DNA from: Octopus sinensis | Taxonomy: Eukaryota | Length of the DNA stretch: 64,000 nt | Assembly: GCF_006345805.1 (NCBI RefSeq) | Contig: NC_043011.1 | Location: 26,796,464 to 26,860,463 of the forward strand | Direction: 5' to 3' | In this document: positions 52,604-64,000 of the stretch, piece after piece | Numbering within the stretch: position 1 is the first letter of the stretch | Layout: each line of letters starts with the position of its first letter | Translations under genes and position numbers: made by a program | Notes under the pieces: model-generated | What the model was told of the DNA's origin: nothing | Seen by the model: only the letters and a program-made list of their open reading frames with translations | Databases searched by the model: none

Positions 52604-53424
52604 ATCTACCAAATCCTCTCACAAGGCTTTGGTTGGCTTGAGGCTATAGTAGAAAGAACTTGTCCAAGGTGCTGCACAGTGGGACTGAACCTGAAACCAC
52701 ATAACCCATACCTATACTTAAGGGACAATACCCACCAGCCCAATATAATAAGACATTGCATTAAATAAAGATTGTGTTAGAGAGAGAGAATAAATTCTCT
52801 TTCATAGAAAATGAGAACATATTACTTATTTTGAAAATGGTGGATACCAGTTTTATAAACTACTTTTTTTATTTTATTAAATTTTATAAAATGACTCCTT
52901 AACTTGCAAAACCCCAGTGTTTCTAAAAATAACTGTGTTAGAGTGTCTTGTAGCTGTGTACACACTTATCAGACGGAATGCTTCATATAACTGTCAGGGA
53001 AAATAATTGCTTTTTGTATATGAAGTTATAACTGGAGGAGAAGGGGAAGAGCAATTAACACTTTTATTGTGAGGAATGTAGTATAAATGAAAATAAGGAC
53101 ATACTATTCATTGATAATGTCAGTGTTAATAATAAATGTCAGTTAGAAATGTCTAAAGCTTTAAGTTCATTCTTTGTATTATAATTTCAGGAAAAACATT
53201 TAATGTTTTATTATTGTAGTTTTTACAGAATTATCAGAAATATGTATGAGAAATTTCTTTGATTGTTATTGGTAGTAGACTAATGACTGTCTCATTTGAG
53301 GACAGTTGTCTTACATCTGCTAAATACTGCAGATATAAATACTAAACTCCTAGTCTATCGATTATGAAAGGATATATTTTTATATCTTTGTTTATACTAC
53401 ATATGTTCTGTTGATTTGCATTCA

Positions 53425-56400
53425 TATCATCATCATCATTGTTTAACGTCAGCTTTCCATGCTAGCATGGGTTGGATGATTTGACTGAGGACTGGCAAAC
53501 CAGATGGCTGCACCAGGCTCCAATCTGATCTGGCAGAGTTTCTACAGTTGGATGCCCTTCCTAATGCTAACCACTCAGAGAATGTAGTGGGTGCTTTTAC
53601 ATGCCACCGGCAAGAGGGCCAGTCAGTCAGTACTGGCAATTGCCACGCTCAAAATGGTGTATTTTACGTACCACCTGCACAGGAGCCAGTCCAGCGGTAC
53701 TGGTAACGACCTCACTCAAATGTTTTTTCATGTGTCACCAGCATAAGTGTCAGTAAGGTGACTCTGGTAACGATCACGCTCGAATGGTGCTTTTTACGTG
53801 CTACCGGCATGGAGGCCAGTCAGCTGCTCCGGCAACAATCATGCTCGGATGGTGCTCTTAGCGCTCCACTAGCACGGATGCCAGTCATCGAATTTGATTT
53901 CGATTTTGATTTCACTTACCTCAACAGGTCTTCGCAAGCAGAGTTCAGTGTCCAATGAAGGAAAGGTATGCATAAGTGGGCTGGTTACACCCCTGGCATA
54001 GGCCACGGGTTATGGTCTCACTTGGCTTGCCAAGTCTTCTCAAGCACAGCACATTTCCAAAGGTCTCGGTCATTAGTCATTTCCTTGGTGAGGCCTAAAG
54101 TTCGAAGGTCATGCTTCACCACCTCATCCCAGGTCTTCCTGGGTCTACCTCTCCCGCAGGTTCCCTCAACCTAGGGTGTAGCACATTTTCACACAGCTAT
54201 CCTCATCCATTCTCGCCACATGACCATACCAGTGCAGTTGTCTCTCTTGCACACTACATCTGATGCTTCTTAGGTCCAACTTTTCTCTCAAGATATTTAC
54301 ACTCTGTTGAGTATGCACACTGACATTACACATCCATCGTAGCATACTGACTTCATTCCTTGCAAGCTTATGCATGTCCTCAGCAGTCATGGCCCATGTT
54401 TCACTGCCATGTAGCATGGCTGTTTGTACACATGCATCAGACAGTCTACCTTTTACTCTGAGCAAGAGGCCCTTTGTCACCAGCAGAGGTAACAGCTCTC
54501 TGAACTTTGCCCAGGCTATTCTTCTTCTAGCAGCTACACTTTCAGTGCACCCTCCTCTGCTACTGACTTGGTCACCTAGGTAACAGAAGCTATCAACTAC
54601 TTCTAGTTTTTCTCCCTGGAATGTGGTGGAAGTTGTTCTCTGCACATTTTCAGTATTTATTGCTCCTACAAAAACTATCTTCCCAGTTAGCCTTCCTATG
54701 ATATTGCTGCACCTCTTATGTGTCCATAATTTACACTGGGTACATCTTATAGAGTTTCTACCTACACTTTTTCTACAGGGCCATCTACTGAAGAGATTTG
54801 TGGTTTGTCTGCCTTCATACTATGTTGACTCTAAGGCCCTTTGATTCTAATCCTTGTTTCAACACCTGAAACTTCTCTAGTTCTGATAGTGACTCTGCAA
54901 TTAGAGCAAGGTCATCAGCATAGAGGAGCTCCCAGGGGCATCCTGTCTTGAATTCCTCTGTTATTGCTTGGAGGACTATGATAAATAGGAGGAGGCTGAG
55001 GACTGAACCTTGGTGGATCCCTACCTCTACTCTGAATTCTTCACTTTACTCATTGCCAACCCTCACCTTACTGACAGCGTCCCTGTACATGGTTTGCACA
55101 GCTCTCACTAACCATTCATCTATCCCTAGTTTCCTTATTGACCACCAGATAAGGGATTGGGGGACCCTGTCAAAGGTTTTCTCCATGTCAACGAAAGCCA
55201 GGTGCAGAGGTTTATCTTTGGCTAGGTATTTCTCCTGCAGCTGTCTTACCAGAAATATAGCATCAGTGGTGCTTTTCCCTGGCATGAACACAAACTGCAT
55301 CTCATCTAAACTGACTCTCTCCCTAATTAGTTGGGCTATGACCCTCTCCGTGACCTTCATTACCTGATCCAACAACTTGATACCTCTGTAATTATTTTTC
55401 TCTGAAGCATCACCTTTACCTTGGTAGGAGTTGACTATGGTGCTGCTACACCAGTAATTGGGTATGATTCCTTCGTGTATCACCTGGTTAACTATATGGG
55501 TGACTAAGCTATAGCCGACGCTGCCAGATATTTTTAGCATCTCTGCAGTAATTCCTGATGAGTCGGAGGATTTTCCTGTCTTCATACTCTTAATTGCTTT
55601 ATCTACCAAGGTACTGTCAACTCAGATAGCTGGTCCCTCTGTTGGGTTGATATTTGACAGACTCTCTTTCTCCCTTCATTTTCTTTATTGAGCAACCTTT
55701 CTTAGTGGCCGTCAGCAGGTTGTCCCGTAGAAATCTCCAGTTGTCTTCTACATTGTGTGAAGCTATATCCCCTTCTATTTTGTCAAAGGCTTTGAGTAAT
55801 ATGTCTCTAAATCTCTGTCCATTTGCAGGATCTTTAAGCTTCCAGACCCTTCTCCTCCATGCTGGTCATCTTCTGGGCATCCACTTAGCCCTGATCCTGA
55901 AGTCACTAACTACCAGTCTATGTTGTGGGGTACATTCTTCATCTGGGAAGGTTTTGGCATTTATAAGCACCCGTCTTTCCCTTTTTCTACAGGGATGTAG
56001 TTACTTTGGCTAGTGTGTCTGCCAGAATGGTAGGTGACTAGGTGACTGGCAGGTTTCCCGAAGTTAGTATTGCAAACCATGTCATTTGCATCACAGAAGT
56101 CCAGCAGCCTGGTTCCCTCCTCATTGTGGGAACCAAAACCGTAGCCTCCATGTACGCCATGGAAGCCCCTGTATGTTGTCCAACACATCCATTGAAGTCA
56201 CTAACCAGAAAGAGTAGGTCCCTGTCATTCGTCAACGAGATAGTCTGCAAGAGGGTGTCATAGAATTGGTCTTTCTGTCCATCAGGTAGTCCTGGCTGAG
56301 GGGCGTAGGCCGAGATAATGGTTACTAACCCATGATGAAGCACTAATGTAATCTTAAGTATTCTGTCGCATACTCTGACTACCTCGATTACCTTATCCAC

Positions 56401-56640
56401 TCATTTCTCCACAAGAAGTATACTCACGCTCCTAACCCCATCAGTGTTCCCTGCCCAGAAAATCTTCTACCTGTGTCCTTTGCCTGTGAGGAACCTAGTG
56501 GAACTTCCTCTCCACCTTACTTCTTGGAGGCAGCACATATCAACACATCTCTGTTCAAGCATCTCAACAATCTCACCAGACCTCTTTCAGTGTGCCAACC
56601 CTGAGGGTGTGGCAGGTATGGGCCCGTGAGACCCTGAGAC
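53425..56640 (-). mobile_element. Near full-length degenerate RTE LINE (APE endonuclease and RT) in intron 1 of the RUN gene
   Basis: ISAYAPQ and SDFNG endonuclease motifs; NYRGIKLL, FVDMEKTFDRV and GRGRPRKTW RT motifs; (CAT)n tail at 53425. Many stops and frameshifts. Confidence 0.92.
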
Positions 56641-57599
56641 AGGGGACAGCAGCGTCATGTACCAGAAAAGAAAGCTTGCATTTGGCAGAATTCATAAACA
56701 AACAATAGCCTTCAATTCAACCTGCATACACTACACTATCATATTTTTGCATTATATGATCACCACCTTACATAGGAGATAAACTCGAAGTTGGGGTGGG
56801 GATGGCGTAAAGCCTTTAGAAGTGTTCATGGGAGACAACCAAAGGATGACAGAGGATAGTAACTTCCAGCACAGGTGGAGGGGTGGGAGAGCGGGCATAC
56901 TGTGAACTAGCAAATTTAGACGAGAGCATCTTCTGGATACATATTCCTTTGGCAGAGGTAAAAAAAAAATCAAGTAGGAGAATCCAAGTGCATGCACTAG
57001 TTTATATAGGGTGGTGATGGTGGAGGAAGTCTTGGTGAAGCGAGTGGTAATCGAAAGGGAGAGAGAGAGAGAGAGACAAAGACAGACAGGGTGAGGCAGA
57101 GAGAAAGAGTGTGGGTAGTGGTCATAACACAAGGGAGAAAAATATTCTTTTGGGATTTGTGTAGCACAACTTAATGAGACAGCAAATGTTGATAATAGTA
57201 AAATAGAATTGAAAAATCTGAGAGATTTCGGTCAGCCAATCTAAGACAAAATTAGAGAAATAAGTGACTGTGTGATAAACTTTAATAGATGAATGAATGA
57301 ATATGTTGCGGTTAAGGAAATGCGTGAACTAAGGTTATCTTAAGGCAACAACAAGGAAGATGAAACTATTGAAACTATATTTACATGTTGACATGGTAAC
57401 GAAATAGACAGAATAATGAAAAGAACTAATAAGGGGTTTATGATCTGTGCAGAAATAGAAGAGTAGATGAACAAGGTTGAAAAGACAAAACTTCTTATCT
57501 GAGCATCTTCTGAGATTCGTATTCTTCGGCTGTCTCTGTCTCTCACATAAACACACATATTTGTTATAGATATATATTATACATTTTTTGGTAAGAAAC

Positions 57600-57955
57600 T
57601 TGCTTCCCAACCACATGGTTCCAGGTTCAGTCCCACTGCATGGCACATTGGGCGTCTTCTACTATAGCCTCAGGCAGATCAAAGTCTTGTGAGTGGATTT
57701 GATAGACAGAAACTGAAAGAAGTCCATCATGTATGTGTATATATATATATATATATATATGCATTTGTGTCTGTGTTTGTCCCCCCACTAATGTTGGTGT
57801 GTTTACGTCCCTGTAACTTAGCGGTTTGGCAAAAGTAAGCAATAGAATAAGTACTAGGCTTACTAGTGCTCAGTAAGTCTTGGGATTGATTTGTTTGACT
57901 AAAGGCGGTGCTCCAGCATGACCACAATCAAATGAATGAAACAAGTAAAAGAATT
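57600..57955 (+). mobile_element. tRNA-derived SINE, family C (fragments at about 2213, 6330, 12560-, 14620-, 18400, 34920 and 51120-)
   Basis: ggttcagtcccactgc...cttctactatagcc...gcggtgctccagcatg...gaaacaagtaaaag. Confidence 0.8.
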
Positions 57956-58069
57956 ACATATTTTGTATATCATTACATATATATGTATGTTATACATACA
58001 TTTGTATATGTATAAATATACACTTACACTAATATACACACATGTACACACACTCATGCCAACAAAAAA

Positions 58070-59060
58070 ATTTTTTTTGTGAAACAATTTTGACCTGAGG
58101 TAGGGTTTTTTTGACACACACAGTTGGAAAATGACATCCATTTATTACCATCATGTCAAGATTTTAAGATAATGGATTCATAGTATTTCATTGTTTTTTC
58201 AATAAAACAGCTTATGAGGAACAAGGTGGAACATACTAACATACATAGAAATTAGTTTTTCTTCAAAATCAGATTGTTTTTTTAAAAATTCTAGTAAAAA
58301 GCTAGTAAAAATCTTAAAATTTCTACAGACAGATTACATCATTGTTTATGCCTAATTTCCCAGGATTTTGAATTTAGATAATTTTCTTGAGTGCTAAACC
58401 TCAGAAAGATCATGAGCCAAGTTCTAGCAGTAGTCCACCATCATATGCAAGTCCTATCGACCTTGATACCTTTGTTCCTTTGATTTTATGTCCTGATGGA
58501 AATGTTTGCCCTGTTTGTCACTTGTGTTACTAAGATTTTCAGGTTATTTATCAAGGTGACTGTGGATATAGTGCAAATTTGCTCCTAACTTTTGAAAGTT
58601 TTCCAGCATGTTACTGGCTATTTTTGGCATTGTTAATTACTTGCTTGTTACCCAGAAAGTCATTTGCAACTGTTACAAATGAATTCCATGTTAATGTTTA
58701 AATGCAATTCATTGAATTTTACAAAGTTCCCATCTTTCATCAGTTTTCTGGTTTGAGGCCATCAAATACTCCAGCTTTTATCTTTTCCTTGTTCAGACTG
58801 GGAAATGTGCTGCAGATGTAGTGAAAACATGTTAAAGCTCTTTATCCAGAGCTTTAACAAACTGGTTCATAATGCCAAGTTTGATATAGAGTAGAGGTAC
58901 GATGATTGTTCCTGGCTCTTCAACCACATTAAAAGACTTAGAAACTAATGTTCACTACAACCCTTCTTTGATCACCCAATGTTTTTCCATGGCTCTGCTA
59001 TTCCACATACATTGGATATTTGGTGTATCCACTTTGTTGCCTCAAGAGAAAATTGACCAT
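58070..59060 (-). mobile_element. Degenerate DNA-transposon transposase, probably CMC/Chapaev3-type
   Basis: QQSGYTKYP, PLLYIKLGIMNQFVKALDKE, KIKAGVFDG and HSHLDK*PENLS..SDKQGKHFHQDIK..EQRYQGR. Superfamily assigned from memory of these motifs. Confidence 0.7.
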
Positions 59061-60782
59061 GTATACCTATTTCTTTATTACCCACAAGGGGCTAAACACA
59101 GAGGGGACAAACAAGGACAGACATAGGTATTAAGTCGATTACATCGACCCCAGTGCGTAACTGGTACTTGATTTATCGACCCCGAAAGGATGAAAGGCAA
59201 AGTCGACCTCGGCGGAATTCGAACTCACAACGTAACGCAGACGAAATACTGCTAAGCATTTCGCCCGGCGTGCTAACGTTTCTGCCAGCTCGCCGCCCTA
59301 AAGTCCATGTATACCACCCACTAGTCATTGGTGGGTTGGGGTATTTTGAAATCTAGACACGATGATAAAAAATGGATACCATTTTTGGATTCAGCAGATA
59401 AAAAAAAACCTTGAAATCAGTTAAAAAATGTCCTGACAACAAAATACCTTTTGGATTGTGTAATGTATCAATTCAATTTGGCTATTAACCTTGTAGTTTG
59501 CTTTAGAAAGCCTGTCTATGGGTTTTAGCTATCAGATATGATTTTACAGTGAAAACGGATTGTATTTCTGAAGATGCATCTGGAAATCCATGAATATCTG
59601 TAGAATATATTTAAAAATATTAACAAAAAGAGAATGGATTGAGCAATATGTTTTATTGCATAATACTATAATTGTTTCATTGTCACTTTGCCACCAGATC
59701 ATGGGCAAAATATTGTATAATATATGAAATAATACATCATATTGGTATTATTGGTAAAATATCATGAAGTAAGTTTACTCTGAAATGTTAATATGAATCA
59801 AATGAAACAAGTTTTGTGTAAATCGGTAAAAAGTAGTTTTCAAGCTATTAGAGAATTTCAGGGTATAAATACCCCAAATGGTGCATAATGGAAAAATGTT
59901 CTGAAAATAATCTTCATCCTGAAAGGGAAGAAATTCTTATCTTTCTATCAGACAATGAGTTGACAATGACAAAAAAAAAAAAAAACCGACTTTTTTTTTA
60001 CAATTTCTATTTTTGTTTTTGTTAAAGACAATATTTTAATCATTTACAAATATTTTTAAATGAATGTCATTTCAAAAACGTAAACTGTCTGTACAGTATG
60101 TATATTTTAGCTTTCTTTAAACAATGTTTTAATGTTTTTTAAAATTATTTTCAAATGAATACCATTACAAAAAAATGTTTTTGTCATATTTAAAAAATAT
60201 TCTGAAGTGAAAATGACTTTAAAAATATGGTAGATATTTCATAAAAGTCCCATTCATAAGCTCAATGAGAAATAGTTTTTTTTCGAGTGCATTTAATGTA
60301 TCTCCCCTCCAAAGATTTGGATTCTACTTCTATCACGCTTTGCTACCACGTAACAACTATTTGCGATAAAGGACCTGAAATACCTGTTATGTGGTAGCAG
60401 GGCATGCCAGAAATAGCAGCCAGATCTTTCCAACCCATGAAACAAAGCTGTTGCTGGGAAACTCAAAGTTTCCTGGTGACCTAGTGGGTCATTGGTAGTC
60501 TACTATATATATATTTATAGGTGTTTATTTGTTCTAGAAGGAAAAAATATTGTTATATTTATTGATTAGTTTTCCACAATATAAACCAGCATTTATTTGC
60601 TTCTATATTCCTATATATTACATTTTTTGTGTGTAGCTTAGTGTAGCAATGTTTAAATGATTATGTTCATGAAAGAGAGCTTAGAATTTACTTCAGACAT
60701 GATACACACATCTGTTGCTCAGCTTATTTAAGCTACATTGAATGAATTTTATTCACAATTATAGAGTTCAGTGTGCATGTGT

Positions 60783-60828
<46 letters not shown>

Positions 60829-61209
60829 ATTCTCCTCTGTTTTCAATTATTTGAAGTCTTCCTGTAAAGAAGGAACTGTTTTCTGACGAAGACACAAAGC
60901 TCCATCAGGGGAATGTAGATAACAACAACAATGTCAAATTTTGAACTTGAGAACAGTCTTCAATATTTTTATTGTTCCACTTACAAATTATATTTGTAAT
61001 GTGTGTGATAAGTTGGTTGATTTCTTTTTCTGGAAACACTATCCTATCCAGATTGTTACTTTGGCCTTTACTCACAAAATCAACTGTACCAATTATATTA
61101 TTGGTATAGATGTAAATATATCATCTGGATATTGAAGCAGTTGTCCACAGTTACCCTTTTTCCTTTTTGATCTTCAAAGAGGACACTCAAACATGCACAC
61201 ATATATCTA

Positions 61210-61519
61210 CACACACATATATATATGGATATATAGAAGTATATATATGTATGTATATATATATGTTTGTATATATAGAAGTATATATATATGTATGTAT
61301 GTATATATATATGTCTTTATATAAGTATATATATGTATATATTTATGTATGTATATATATATATATATATGTCTTTATATAAGTATATATATGTATATAT
61401 TTATATATGTATGTATATATGCATATATATATGTATGTATATATGTATATATGCATATATATATGTATGTATATATATATATATATGTATATATGTATAT
61501 ATGCATATATATATGTATG

Positions 61520-61554
<35 letters not shown>

Positions 61555-62000
61555 ATATGCATATATATATGTATGTATATATTTATATATATATATGTAT
61601 ATATGCATATGTATGTATATATGTATATATGCATATATATATAGAGATATATGTATATATGCATATATATATATGTATATATGCATATATATATATATGT
61701 ATATATGCATATATATATATATGTATATATGCATATATATATGTATGTATATATATATATATGCATATATATATATGCATATATATATATATGCATATAT
61801 ATTATGCATATATATATATATATATATGTATATTATATATATATAATATATATATATTATATATATATATATGTATGTATATATATAGCATATATATATA
61901 TGCATATATATATATATATATGCATATATATATATGCATATATATATATATATGCATATATATATATGCATATATATATATATATATGCATATATATATA

Positions 62001-62047
<47 letters not shown>

Positions 62048-62072
62048 ATATATGTATATATATGTATATTCA
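61210..62072. repeat. ~860-bp compound (TA)/(TATG)/(TATGCA) simple repeat
   Basis: Directly visible. It is the source of the YIYI ORFs. Confidence 0.95.
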
Positions 62073-62185
62073 TCTGAATGCTAAAAGGTTAGGAATTGTG
62101 AATAGATGAGGTTAATAGTTTCCAGATATGTTTGCATGAAATACATTAACTTGAGATAATATTCTTAATATTCTCTTTATCTTAG

Positions 62186-62293
62186 CATTGATCTTGGAAT
62201 TCCGTTTGTCTGAAGTTGCTGTCAATGACAAGAACGAAAAACTCCAAACTTTATGTGACATTATAGAAAAGATTTTCCGGAAAGGATTAAAGC
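62186..62293 (+). CDS. RUN-domain protein (RUFY/FYCO1-like N-terminus), exon 2 (ALILEFRLSEVAVNDKNEKLQTLCDIIEKIFRKGLK)
   Basis: Acceptor ttctctttatcttag and donor agc|gtaagt. 108 nt. The pattern [vi]-x-D-x5-L-x2-LC-x2-IE-x-IF-x-KGLK is typical of the start of a RUN domain. Confidence 0.8.
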
Positions 62294-64000
62294 GTAAGTA
62301 TCTTTATTTTCTAATTGTTTGTCATTAGATGAGGCCATGCTGGGGCACTGCTTTGAAGGTTTTCTTTTTGGTAGTCAAATGAATTGACCCTAGTATTTAT
62401 CTTTTAAAACCTGGTACTTATGCTCACCATCAGGCATCTACCATACACTGAACATCTTGCATGCCTAGGCATGGATACATTAAAGCTCCAACGTCTGGCA
62501 ACTGACTTCATAGATCTTTTTGAATTTCATATGTGTAACACTTGTGGACATGCTTACAAAATCAAAAAACAACACAACACCCATGTCTTTTGGAAATGTT
62601 TTTTCACACTCAGAATGAGCTACCTTCATTGCTTGTTTGCTTTTGAGACACTATATCCTTCAAAACTTCCATGCTTCCTGAAATTCGCCAACCCAACACC
62701 TGATGCACCCCTCTCACCTTTTTTTTAAAAAAAATGACTTTCACTGTACATTTTCTGTGCATATTCTGTGTACTGTTCATGCACTTTTGGCTACTTTTTC
62801 TGATGAGTTGTAGTGTATCCCTCCCATTTAAAAGATTTAAAATAAATAGATTTAATTCAATTGACAATCTAAGGGATGCAAATTGTTCCATACTGAGTTA
62901 CCACCCCTTCCATCAGAAATAATTTAGTCTATTATAACCTTTGTTTTCAAATTAGGTATTTTTCATTCTCGCTCCGGTCTTTATGAAGCTACTTTTTCTG
63001 AACAACATTGGGGATAGCTGAGGCAATAACTATAATCCAAATTACTTGGAAATAGCAGGACATTTACCTCATGGCACTTTTAATTTTTGTTACTAACAAT
63101 ATATTCTCTGTGTGTGTGTGTGCATGCACATATATATATATATATATATATATGTATCACACTTAGTCTATATGCACAATTGATAGTCCAGTTACTATGG
63201 TGACCCTCTGATATTTATTGTTTTTAAAATAGCATACTCCATAAGATGTTATCTCAGAATGAATACAGGATTTTTATTTAATACTGCCTCAATTGCATAC
63301 CGTGGATTTTATTCAGTTAGGTGGCTATTTGCAACATCAGTTAATGTTTTATTTACTGCTTCCTATATTGATGGTGACAAATTCTCATTCAAGCCTGTGG
63401 CTGACTGTGAATACATGTCATTGGAAAGGCCTGAAAAGTTAAAAATTCATCTGACATTCTGGTTGGTCACTGCCAGGGTGATTTTTCATCTTCTTCCAAT
63501 ATTTATTGTAGTTTTAACACAACATGTCCATAAGAGGTATAATTTCAGGATGAATGCCATAGCAACTGGCCTATCAACAGTATGTGTGTGAGTATATATA
63601 TATATTGTGATACACAGATGGCCATTTTAATTTAATATTGACTTAATTTTGTATACTGAATATATATCTATCTATATATATATATAATTAAAAGGGCAAC
63701 CTGTTGCCTGCCCTTTTAATTATATTTACTATATACACTGAACTCTACAGAAGTTCCTGATGCTAAAAGTCATATTTACATACCAAAATTTACCGGTAAA
63801 TAATTGTTGGTTGTCTAAAAAACCACGGAAAAATTATTTACCCTTTTTATTATATATATATACATATATATAAATAATTAGAAAATGGAGAAAAATATAG
63901 ATTAACCAATACATTGATAGGACCACATCTAAAGCTTGCTTATTAATACAAAGCAAGACATAACAAAGCTTACAGCTGTTTCTGATCAAAATTCTGAGAA

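Noticed and set aside
61167-62109. Long YIYI/MYVC/MDGW ORFs as proteins (here and at 1103-1477, 21404-21855 and 40534-41058)
   Set aside because: They are translations of stop-free microsatellites.

Overview
AT-rich, microsatellite-dense metazoan genomic DNA. The SINE/LINE repertoire resembles octopus/cephalopod DNA (inferred, not verified). Most ORFs in the supplied track are microsatellite artefacts. Two spliced host genes were reconstructed by hand from splice sites and reading phase. (1) A minus-strand FLACC1/ALS2CR12-like coiled-coil gene has 7 phase-compatible exons between 14405 and 508, including a 27-nt microexon, plus a candidate further exon at 19145-19242. (2) A plus-strand RUN-domain gene has exon 1 at 49617-49653 and exon 2 at 62186-62293. 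Between them lie two identical 163-nt U1 snRNA genes (26351-26513 minus; 33725-33887 plus) in a divergent ~1.3-kb inverted duplication. This U1 keeps the canonical 5' end, the U1A loop and compensated stems, but its U1-70K loop and Sm site are altered. An almost perfect 815-bp palindrome (9167-9981) sits in an intron of the minus-strand gene and carries minimal hammerhead-like motifs near its outer ends. The rest is transposon debris: R4/Dong, RTE and Tx1 LINEs, a deleted Gypsy element, a solo LTR with target-site duplication, Merlin and Chapaev3-like transposase relics, Helitron-, piggyBac- and hAT-type MITEs, and many tRNA-derived SINEs. No prokaryotic features or CRISPR arrays were seen.
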